From an uncultured delta proteobacterium (GTDB lineage: Bacteria > Myxococcota_A > Polyangia > Polyangiales > Polyangiaceae): a stretch of 64,000 nt of DNA. Each line of letters starts with the position of its first letter. Position 1 is the stretch's first letter. The notes under the pieces were generated by a model. It saw only the letters and a list, made by a program, of their open reading frames with translations. It searched no databases and was not told the DNA's origin. This document shows positions 9,714 to 19,200 of the stretch, one piece after another. Position numbers and translations under genes: made by a program. The stretch spans positions 320,001-384,000 of the forward strand of contig CAWJCS010000001.1 of the NCBI GenBank assembly GCA_963841435.1, written 5' to 3'.

Positions 9714-11390
9714 TCATTCCTCGTTGGCTCGCGGCGGCCAGGCCGGACCCGCAATGTAATGGGCACCGCGCCGCTCTCCCCTGAGCTCGACCACCGACTG
9801 TGCGACCCAGGTCGATAGCTCTGCCTGCGCTTGGCGGCGGTTGACGCCGAACGCTTCCCGGTAGTCGGTGTTGGTGATCCGCCCCGCGGCATCCATCCGA
9901 CCGATCAGGCGCGCGAGCGCCGTGGATGGCGGCGAGGCGGATGCACCACCTCGCACGACCGTGTACTGCCGTCCGCGTGTCGCACCTTCTGCTTCGAGGA
10001 TCCCCTTCGCTTCCAACTCTTGCAGCTCCCGGTAGGCAACATCGCGATCGACTCGATTGAGCTCTTGGTAGTCGCCGCTCTGAAAGCTCGACCGGTCCAC
10101 GAATGCGACCAAGGCGCGCTTCTGGCGGACGCTTAGCGGCAGGCCCCTGACGCGGCTCGCCCAGTCTGGATCGCTCGTGCCGAAGATCGGCTCGTTACGC
10201 AACGTGACCACGACATCGCGCTCGCTGGCCTCGATTTGCGGCGCGGGCAACCAAGACAGCTCCATCTCCTCGATCATGCGAGGAATGCCTTCCCCTTGCT
10301 GTCGCATGATCCCAAGCTCCGTCAGGACGCGAGCAACCCGCGGGTTTCGGCTGGCATGGACGCGTCGGCGTTCGAGGAGGTCTTCGAGATGGACGTTCGG
10401 AAGCAGCCCTCCGGGGCTCTTGATCTCCATGCGGTCGTCGTAGAGCCAGACCTCCGCGCAGCGGCTCTCGATCGAATAGTCACGGTGGGCCAGCGCGTTC
10501 ACGAGCGCCTCTTGCCAGGCAAAGGGCGGATACTCCGGGGTCTCACGAAAGAAGAGATCATGAAGCCTACTCGACGCATGCACGAGCGAGGCAATGCGCT
10601 CCTGCGCCCGTTCGAGAACCGACAGGAGGTTGCCCTCGAGCCACGGAAAATCTTGAACGTTCCGAGACGTGCCGACAGTTTGCTCCGTCCCGTTCACCCG
10701 GAACACGCGAACGCCCGCGTTCGGATGTTCGATGGCCCGAGGGTTGGCGGCGAAGAGCCAGACAGCGCCCTGCCGCAGCACGAGGTCGTCGCCGCGCCGG
10801 TCGGCGAGTCGCCGTTCGACGAGGTAGTCACCCACGCTGCCCTCGTAGCCGGACGCTTGCATGGCGCGCTCGAGGGCCTGTGCCGATAGCTCGGCGAGCC
10901 CCGCGCCGGCGCTGCGGGCTTCGGGACTCGCGACAAGACCAGCGTCCTTCACCCGGTTGATCAGCTCTTCGGACGACTGGATGGTTTCGTCGCCCTCCCG
11001 GCGCGGGAAGCCGTCTCCCTGCACCATGACCGCTCGAGGCGCAGCGGCGACCTCGAAGACGATGAGCTTCAGGCCGTCGAGCTCGACGATACGCCCTGGG
11101 CGCAGTGCCGGGGCGAGTCGTGTCTCGGGAACACGCATGAGCGTGTCGAGGTCGCCGTCATCAGGGTAGGGGGAACCCGTTAGGCTGCCGTCATCCTCCA
11201 CGCCCAGCACGAGCGTGCCGCCGTCGGCATTGGCGAACGCAGCAACGCACTCCGCGGTTTGGTCGCGCACGGCCCTGCGGTCGCGCGACCGTTTCTTCCC
11301 GGGTGTACCCTCGAACAGCGATTTTCGCTCGAAGTACTGTCCCTCTTCGGACTGGAGCAGTCGCCGTAACGAGGCGTGGGGGTCGGTCAT
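9714..11390 (-). CDS. AlbA_2 (Schlafen-like) domain + GHKL/HATPase_c_4 domain + two C-terminal winged-helix domains
   Basis: EEGQYFERKS...ECVAAFANADGGTLVLGVEDDG (AlbA_2); EALVNALAHRDY, SPGGL, RNPRVA and QQGEGI (RecG-C/HATPase_c_4); two wHTH-like repeats (FQSGDYQELN, ITNTDYREAF). Confidence 0.85.
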   Translation of the reverse strand: MTDPHASLRRLLQSEEGQYFERKSLFEGTPGKKRSRDRRAVRDQTAECVAAFANADGGTLVLGVEDDGSLTGSPYPDDGDLDTLMRVPETRLAPALRPGRIVELDGLKLIVFEVAAAPRAVMVQGDGFPRREGDETIQSSEELINRVKDAGLVASPEARSAGAGLAELSAQALERAMQASGYEGSVGDYLVERRLADRRGDDLVLRQGAVWLFAANPRAIEHPNAGVRVFRVNGTEQTVGTSRNVQDFPWLEGNLLSVLERAQERIASLVHASSRLHDLFFRETPEYPPFAWQEALVNALAHRDYSIESRCAEVWLYDDRMEIKSPGGLLPNVHLEDLLERRRVHASRNPRVARVLTELGIMRQQGEGIPRMIEEMELSWLPAPQIEASERDVVVTLRNEPIFGTSDPDWASRVRGLPLSVRQKRALVAFVDRSSFQSGDYQELNRVDRDVAYRELQELEAKGILEAEGATRGRQYTVVRGGASASPPSTALARLIGRMDAAGRITNTDYREAFGVNRRQAQAELSTWVAQSVVELRGERRGAHYIAGPAWPPRANEE

Positions 11391-11552
11391 TCAATTGGCC
11401 CCCTCGGCGGTCTTGTCTTTCTTCGGGCCTCTTCCCGAGAACTCTTCGAGGCTGTCTGCGCCGATCATGTGGAAGCTGCGCTGGCAGAGGTCGCCTTCTT
11501 GGACCTGCTCCGGGAGGTCGAAGAGGTCGCGGACTTTGGTGACTTCAGCCAT
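11391..11552 (-). pseudogene. Internally deleted mini-copy of the pglY N-terminus (53 codons)
   Basis: MAEVTKVRDLFDLPEQVQEGD+LCQRSFHMIGADSLEE matches two non-adjacent segments of PglY (VHDLFDLPQQVHEGD and LCQLSFHMIGAHSLEE). Confidence 0.85.
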
Positions 11553-12609
11553 GCGGCTCCGATCGGGAGGGTAGACGATAGCGGTAGGTCAGAGGAGTCA
11601 GGTCGCCCGAACGCACACGCCATTTCGGGTAGCGCTGGGCTTTCCCGCCACTGGCAAGACCCCGGGCCACTCGGATCGAGTGAACGACGAAGAGCTCGGT
11701 CCGAGGGGCGCGCCGCGCGTAGAAGTTCACTTCGCCCCGGGTTAGGAACACTTCGTTCGCTGAGCCGCGGGTCCCTTTGACCTCGATCGAGAGCTCTTCA
11801 CTCGGACGGGTGGGGCGGGCGCAGTGGAGGTCATACGGCTGGCCGGCTTCTCGCACGACGTAGCCGAGGCCCTCGTAGGCTCGGATTGCGACGGCGACGG
11901 CCCGCTTCTCGATGGCGCGTCGCGTTGCCGCGTCGGCGACGAATCCTTGCCGCGTCGCCAGCACGAGCTCGCTGGTTTCCTTCGCCGCGTCCGCGGTCTC
12001 CGCGTCAGGGTCTTTCAGGAGGGACCGGCCCTGGTACGCGTCGATGCGGGTGAGGATGTTCTGCATCCATGCGCTGCGCGGGTCGAAGTACCGGATTTTC
12101 GCCATGCCCATCCCGCCTTTCCCGCGCGGTACTTTCCATTCACGAGCGGCGGTGGGCAGGAGTACGGCGTCTCGCTCGGCGCACTCGCACGCGTAGGCCC
12201 AATCCTGGCGCTTCCGGGGTCGCTGCGGACGCTGGTACCTCGCATAGAGTCGCGCGTGCTGGTACCAGCCGACGACAACCTGACCGCCTCCGAGGTCGGG
12301 CGGGCGCCTGGCCATGAAGACGACGAGCACGTCGTCGAGGTGGTCGGCATCGCCGGCGTTTTCGTCCACACGGGAAAGGTTGCAGGCGATGTCGGGGCTG
12401 CTGGGTGCGAAGTAGCCGAAGAGGCGCTTTTCCAGTGCTCTGAAGTTGAAGCGCTCGTACACGGGGCCGCTCCCGCGTTGGACGTAGCTCATGGTGCTCT
12501 GCGGCACGTCAACGTTATCCGTCAGGCCGTACCATTGCATCCAGCTGATGCGTGCGATCAGCACGCGCCCGTCCGTGGCGGTACCCGGTCGCCCCTTGCG
12601 CGCGCCCAT
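11545..12609 (-). CDS. DUF3883 (NOV-C, PD-(D/E)XK) nuclease with an uncharacterised N-terminal domain
   Basis: C-terminal RRAIEKRAV...GY..YDL...IEVKGT...LTRGE is DUF3883-like. N-terminal RISWMQWYG...ERFNF...VVGWY domain. Start placed at ATG 12609 after a GAGGG RBS. Confidence 0.75.
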   Translation of the reverse strand: MGARKGRPGTATDGRVLIARISWMQWYGLTDNVDVPQSTMSYVQRGSGPVYERFNFRALEKRLFGYFAPSSPDIACNLSRVDENAGDADHLDDVLVVFMARRPPDLGGGQVVVGWYQHARLYARYQRPQRPRKRQDWAYACECAERDAVLLPTAAREWKVPRGKGGMGMAKIRYFDPRSAWMQNILTRIDAYQGRSLLKDPDAETADAAKETSELVLATRQGFVADAATRRAIEKRAVAVAIRAYEGLGYVVREAGQPYDLHCARPTRPSEELSIEVKGTRGSANEVFLTRGEVNFYARRAPRTELFVVHSIRVARGLASGGKAQRYPKWRVRSGDLTPLTYRYRLPSRSEPHG

Positions 12610-12611
12610 GA

Positions 12612-15600
12612 TCAGTCGCCCTCGTCGGTGGGCTTGTCCTGCTTGCGCTTTCGGTGCGGTGGGGCGCCAGGCTCTCAGGTCGTCGTGGGTCCAGCCGTAC
12701 TCGGAGCATTCGGCGTTGATGAACGCGTCGAACTGGTCGGAGGGGCGTTCGCCTCCCAACTCGGCGCTCGGGTCGTTGTGCCACTGCTTCAGCCAGGGCA
12801 GCAGCTCGAGGAGGCCCGCGAGCATCGGCATCAGGCGGTCTTTCGTCCAGCCTTCACGTCGTTTTCGATCTTGGTAAAGACCTGCGAGCGCGACGGCGCG
12901 TTGGAGGTGATCCCAGCCGGCCCAGCCGTAGACGGGCTCGTGATCCTCGTCGCTTTCGCAGCCGGGGTAGGAGATGAAGCGCTCTTTGGGGACGTCGAGT
13001 TTCCCGCGGAGTCGATAGTAGCCAGATTCGCGGAAGTCTCGTGGGTCATACTTGGGGGGTATCTGGTTCTCGTGGAGGGCGCCACCCCCATCTTCCCGGC
13101 GCTGGAGTGCCCATGCTTGCTCCCAATGAGCGTACTTCTCGAGGCCAGAGTCGCTGAATATCGGTAGACCGCCAGGAACGGGACCGCAGCCTTGTTCACG
13201 AGTTCGGGATAGCTGCTACCGCACTGGCTTTCTGCGAAGGTTACCGGCTCGGACGACAGGCCCAGTCGCGCGAGATCGAGGTGTTCGCTTCGGGCGCCGC
13301 GTTCGCGGGCCGCACGTTCTGCGACTTCCAGGATAGTCCGCGCGAGTGCATCTGAAGCAACGGTGGCTCGCCATGCACGCTTCCGGCAAGTTCCGGTCGG
13401 TATCGCGCCACAACCGTTTGAAGACGGGGGTCTCGATCAGCGCAAGCTCTGGGGAAGCGGTGTGGCCGCTCGCCGCGCAGCACTGAGTCGAGAGATTCGC
13501 TCATCCATACCACCGGACGCCGTATCAGCCTCTGCGGCATCCGACGACATAAGCGTGCCGTCTTGCCGCATTAGACTTGTCTCCATCCGGTCGGCGAAGG
13601 GACGTTGGCGCCGTGCCATCAAGCCATCGCGCACCAACTCCGGTTCGCTAATCACCGACCCGTCCACGAGTCCGAACAGGGAGTACACGACCCAGTCGAT
13701 CTCTTCCTGGAGAAAAACCAGTTGACGACGATACGAGTCCCATTGCAACCAGCACCCGCCCATCGCGAGCTTCGAGCGATTGAACGGAGGCACACGACGC
13801 GAGGACTGACTTGAGGTTGCTCCACTCGATCAACTGTGCGCGTTGAGCAGCCACCGCGCTCGACTTCCCGCGCCAGCGGCAGCAGCGCTCCCAAGTCTCC
13901 AGGAACTGGAAGGTTCCCGAGTGCGGTTCCTGCGAACTCATATGCAGCACGAGCAGGGTCCGGGTGGTTCCGGTTCGCAGAGGTGGAGCCTTTCGGCGTA
14001 AAGACCTGCTTCATCCAGAAGCACGCCGTCGAGCTGTTCAGGTAGGCGAGGAGCGCGAGGTGGTCCTCCTCGGTGGCGGTTTCGGGGAGCTTGATGATGG
14101 GGGCCGACTGCTTGAAGACCTTGCCGCCGCGGTCGAGGACGAAGTGGTTGTGGGTGGCGACGAAGGCGAAGGTGATTCGACCGTGGCCTTGGAAACGGTC
14201 CGGAAAGAACATTGAGCTGTACTCGAACCACTGTGAGGCCTCGATCTGCACGATGGTTTGCCATTCGTAGTCCTGGCGGTCGCGGAGCATGCGTTCGGTA
14301 GGGCCAATAGCCAACGGAGTCGTCATCTCGGGGCCGGCGCGACGGGTCGAGGCCGTCGGAGTGTCGTAGGGAAACAGCGCCGATTTGGTCGGCCGCAGTC
14401 GCCCAGTCCGCAGAACTCTCGCCCCGTGACCAGTCGGCGTAACTGCGCGTCTTGCAGCCTCGACACCGAATCGCGCAGCCGCAGCGCCGGGCACGAAGAA
14501 GCTTCGTCTTACCCGGTATGAGTTGAGCGCCCAATAGCACTCAACCAAGTTACCGAGCCTGGTCTCGGCGCGGTCCTCAAGTAGCTCCTTCAAGTCCCCC
14601 GCACCTCCACCGCCTAGACTCCACGGATGCTTGGTCGAGCTCCCTCGCTTGCGCGCGCGACGGAGATGTACTCGTTCTCGAACCCGACCTCGCCCCAATG
14701 CGTCCGCGATGCTCGACCAAACAAGCCCCATCTCTGCGTCGTCTGGCGTGCTCGGTTCCCCCCGATTCGCGAGCACCGCAAGCACTTCGCCCCCGTTGCG
14801 CTCTCCCGCGTCCCGAAGAGCAGGACCGTCGGTGTTCCGTGCCCGGGGATGTAGGCCCCGAAGTGTTCACGATCAGCTCCAGGTTTACGGTCGGCAGAGT
14901 ACTCCTCGAATTAGAGAGCTTCCCGAATTCACGCTTCATGAAGGAGTTGGCAGTAATCATGCCCACCGAAGCCGCCTTCACGTCCGAGTTGGAAGAACCT
15001 TTCCGTGAACGGTGCCGCGAGCGAATAGCTGCGTCGAACGCTGACGTGTACATGGCCTCGATACCGTTCCCTCAGCACCGCATCCTTCACCGTGATGTAC
15101 GGCGGATTCCCCACCACCGCCGCGTACTGCTTGAACAGCACATCCCGCGCCGCCTTCGGATCCTCCAGCGCAAAATGCGCCCCCTCCCACGCTGCCGGAT
15201 CCGTCCCCTCCACCAGCGCCAGCTGCCCGATCTGCGGATTGTAGAGCAGTGAATCCGCCACCGCGAGATGCAGCGGCAACCGCGGCGCATCCTTCAACCG
15301 CCCGATCCCACACTTTTCCACGAACGCCAGCGTCAAGCGGAACCGAGCAATCGCGATCGCGTACGGATTGATATCCGCGCCCGCGATCGCATCCAGCGCC
15401 TTCGTCGCCGCTTCCCGCGCGGAAAGCCCGGGCTCTGCCTGCAGCCGCCGATCGAACAAACGCTCGAACGCCCCCAACAAGAAATGCCCGCTCCCGCAGG
15501 TCGGATCGATCAGCGTCGCCTCATCCAACCCGAAACGCTCGACGGCCGGATCCAACGTTCGGTCCAAAATGAACCGCTCCACGAAGCGCGGCGTCTGAAG

Positions 15601-16240
15601 CAGCGCGAACCGCTTGCGCACGTCCTCGCTCAGATCCTGATACAGGTCCCCCAAAAACCTGCGTGTCTTCGCCGCCGAAGCGAAACGCTGGCGCCTCCAC
15701 GCTCGGGCTCCGGAACAGCTCCAGCAACTTGCGCGCCCCCTCCGCCGAGGGCGCCAGCAGCCAAACCGGATTGTGCCGCGCATCGAACAAATCGGCGGCA
15801 GCCGGAAACCGTGACAGCTCCCGGAACACCGTCAGCAAGTACTCGCGCTCCGAAAGCGAGGGCGCGAACTGCAAGAACGCCTTCCAACTATCCTCAGCGC
15901 CCGTACCGGCAATCCGATTGCGCCCGAGCAGGCCTCGGTCCTCCAGCGTCCGCACGAACACACAGGAAAGGAGCCAGGCGGCAGCCACCTGCTCCACGAA
16001 AGCGCGCCGCCACTCCGGGTACCCGTCCGCCGTGCGCTTCGCCTCGTGCTCCTTCGCGTGCCGCGCCTTCAGCGCTTCGGTCACGGCGGGTGAAGCGTCC
16101 GCGCGCGACAGAAGATCCGCCGCGAGATCCTTCAGGAGCGGCTTGGCCAGCGCCAGCAGCGCGTCCCCCGCGAGTGGCGCCCGCGGATCCTCCTGACCTA
16201 CCAGTGCCGTCGCCTTCGCTTTCTTGCGTCGTGCCGCCAT
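12612..16240 (-). pseudogene. pglX: BREX-2 adenine-specific DNA methyltransferase PglX, multiply frameshifted as sequenced
   Basis: PglX motifs across several frames: FLGDLYQDLSE, LLQTP, DPTCGSGHFL (SAM binding), VGNPPY (catalytic), ITANSFMKREFG, FAFVATHNHFVLDRGGKVF, RGKLDVPKERFISYP, GWAGWDHL, LPWLKQWH. The frameshifts may be assembly errors. Confidence 0.9.
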
Positions 16241-16248
16241 CTAACCTC

Positions 16249-19200
16249 TCACGCTGCCGACTTGTCGCGGCGCGCCTTCACCCATTCGAGCGGCACCCAC
16301 AGGGTCTGTGGAAGCCCGACCTCGGGAATCGTCAACTCACCGTTGATGCGCGGCACGCCCACGGAATCGTGGCTCGGCACCAACAGGAAAATCGCCGCGC
16401 ACTTGGGATCACGCGACGCGTCCAAGAGTCGCTTCAGAAACCCTTCGAGCCGGAAGCGCGACAAGAGCCCCGGCTGCACCAAGAGCAAGGGGGCGGGGGC
16501 CGGGAGCAGCTCGTTCGCCACTCGTTCCGCGGCCCGCTGCGCGACGAGCCGGAGCTCCTGCCAGTCGTCGCCGCCCGGTCCGAGCTGATCCGCTCGGTAG
16601 AGCACGTCGAGGTTCACGCCGTGCTTCTTCACCAGCCAGTGAATGGCCTTGGAAAGCTCGACATCGAGCGAGACGCGCCGGATCCCCAGCGCCTCGGTCA
16701 GCGCCAGCGCCGCGTCCGCTGCCTTGTCCGAGCGGACGCCAAGCACCTTCAGCGTCCGCCGATCCTGCGTGATGCGAAGCCGGTCCTCGAAATCCTCCAG
16801 CGCGATGTACCTGGGATCGAGCGACTGCTGCGAGGACGGGAGCGTCGGGAGGCTCGCGACGGAGGGAAAGCTCGTGTGCTGCGTGCCTCGCCTGTCCCCG
16901 GGGCGCGCGTAGAGACGCCGCTCCTCGTCCCACTTCATGCCGAGCTTCTCGACGAGTGCGTCGAGCTCGGGGTGCTCGGGGAGCGGAGAGGCCTCCGGGT
17001 AGCGCGTGAGCACTCTTTGGTGGATGGCGCTCGGGGTGAGCTCGCCGGTGAGAACCGTGGTGCTCAGCGTCAGCGCCCGCTCGGGGTCGAGCCCGCGTGG
17101 GTAGATCTCGAGCCTGGCGGAACGGGCCGCGCGCTGGCTCGCCAGCGTTGCAAGCTCAGTCAGGCGCTCCGCCGAGAGCGCTTCGAGGGGCGTGCCGAGG
17201 ACCGACGCGGCAAGGAGCCGCGCGACCTCCCCTGGCGATGCGAGGACCGGGCGGGCGGCGAGCTCGTCGGCAAGGCCTCCCAGTGCTTCGAGGACCGGCA
17301 CGAGCGCCGCGTTCCCAAAGAGCCAGGGGCTTGTCCCGAGGCGCTCCCACGCAATGCCACCGTCCTCCTCACGCTCGACCTGGGACACGATGCGCAGCAG
17401 CGCCGCGGCGGCGGCGAGGGTCAGTTCCCGCGTGGACGACCCGTCTGCCGGGATCCGCTCACAGAGCAGCGCTGCCGCACGCTCCACCGGGACCGCGCCC
17501 CCCGCTTCTTCCACGATCGCGTGCACCGTCCGCCGAAGCTCGGGCAGCGCGCCATGCTGCGCCCACTGCTCGCGCTCTTTGCCGAGCTGAATGTAGAGGT
17601 TGGCGGGCGTCATGCTGAGCGCGCGCGCGACGTCGGCCACCGGCACGCCGATCTTCCCGACGAACGGCTCGGCCAGGCCGAACAGGCTCCGGAGGTTCTG
17701 CGCGCGCTTGCCCTTCTTCGCCGGCAGCAGGGCATCGATCCACCCCTCCAGGGTGGTGGGGCGCTTTCGCGCATTGGAGCGTGTGTTCTCTTCCTCCAAC
17801 ACGCTGCGGATCGTGTCCGGCGACACGTTGGCCTTGCGGGCAAGCGTCTCGATCTGCCGCTCGGGCGCCTGAGCGACGGCGGTGAGTGTTTGCAGCCCGG
17901 CGTCTCGCAGCACCACCGCGGCGCTCGGTTCGAGGCCGGCGGTCGTGACGAGAATGTCCTCGCCGCGGTAGGCCGCAAAGAACGGCCTGCCCTCTTCAGG
18001 CGCGAGGCTGCGCGCGGCGCTCCAAGCATCGCGGAAGGCGAGGATTTCCTTCGCGACCAGGCTGCCAACCCCTCGCACCGCAGAAAGACGGTTGTCGGGA
18101 AGGTCGAGCAGATCCCGAGCGTAGGTGAGGCCGGCGCGATCGAGCGCGTTGCGAGCTCGCACCGACAACGGGAGCGCCTCGATCGCCGCTTCGGGAGCAA
18201 TGCTGGCGAGGTCCGGCGGTGGCGCCTGGGGGGCGGGTTCGGCGTCGGAGGACACCACCGTTGTCGGCGGCGCCGTCGCGATGGCCTCGGCCGTCGGCTC
18301 GAAGCAGCGGTTGTAGGCTTTTCGCATCGCCGTCGCGCTTTCGAACCTTGCGGCAACGTCGCGGTGCAGGGCGCGCTCGAAGAACGGGACCAAGTGCTCG
18401 CGGACCGACGCGTCGAAGCGTTCCGCTGCCAGCACGAGCTCCGCCTCGGGCTCGAGAGCGGGGGCGCCTGCCACGGAGAAGCTCGGCCGAACGCCGGTCA
18501 GCATCTCGTGCAGCGTGACGGCTGCGCTCCATCGGTCGGCTGCGGCGTCCCAGGCGCCCCGAAGGCGGAGGAAGGGGTCGCGATACACGGCGGTGCCCAC
18601 GCCGAGCTGGGTACGCCCGATGTGCGCGGACTGATCGCTCTTCAGCTCCAAGGCGAGCGAAAAGTCGAACAGCGTGAGGTGGTGGGCCTTCTTCGTGACG
18701 GCGCCGACGCCGAGATTCGCCGGCTTGATGTCGCGATGCAGGATCTGCCGTTCCTCGAGCTCTTCCAATGCGAGCAGCAGGTCCTCTCCGAAGCGGCTCG
18801 CATAGTCGAGAGACACGGCACCCTCGCGAGCGAGGTAGCGCTGCAGCGTTTGCTCGCCCGCCTTGGCCATCAGGAGGCAGGTGCGGCCGCTCAGCGAGCG
18901 CTGGTCGACGAGCTGAACGATGCGAGCGTGCCGGAGAGAGCCCAGAGCACGAGCCTCCTCTGCGAGACGCCCGTCGTCGTCGGGCGTCAGCGCGACCTTC
19001 AGGGCCAGGGAGCGGCCGTCCCGGTCCACCTCGAGCACGCGCGACGACGCGCCCTGGCCGAGCACCCCGAGCACCAGCAGATTGCCTCCCAGGATGTCGC
19101 CCTTGCGCGCCTCGAGGGGGCTCACCTCGGGCGTCTCCTCCTTGGGCTCCGGGCTCGTAGCGGCCTCGAGGAAATAGTCGTCGAGCCACTGTTGCACGTC

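Noticed and set aside
11545..13150. Apparent in-frame fusion of the PglX C-terminus to the DUF3883 nuclease (ORF 11545..12831)
   Set aside because: An adjacent frame gives a natural-looking end (KRKQDKPTDEGD*, stop at 12612-12614) with a GAGGG RBS before ATG 12609. Given the local indel density, one more error is the simpler explanation. Worth rechecking with reads.
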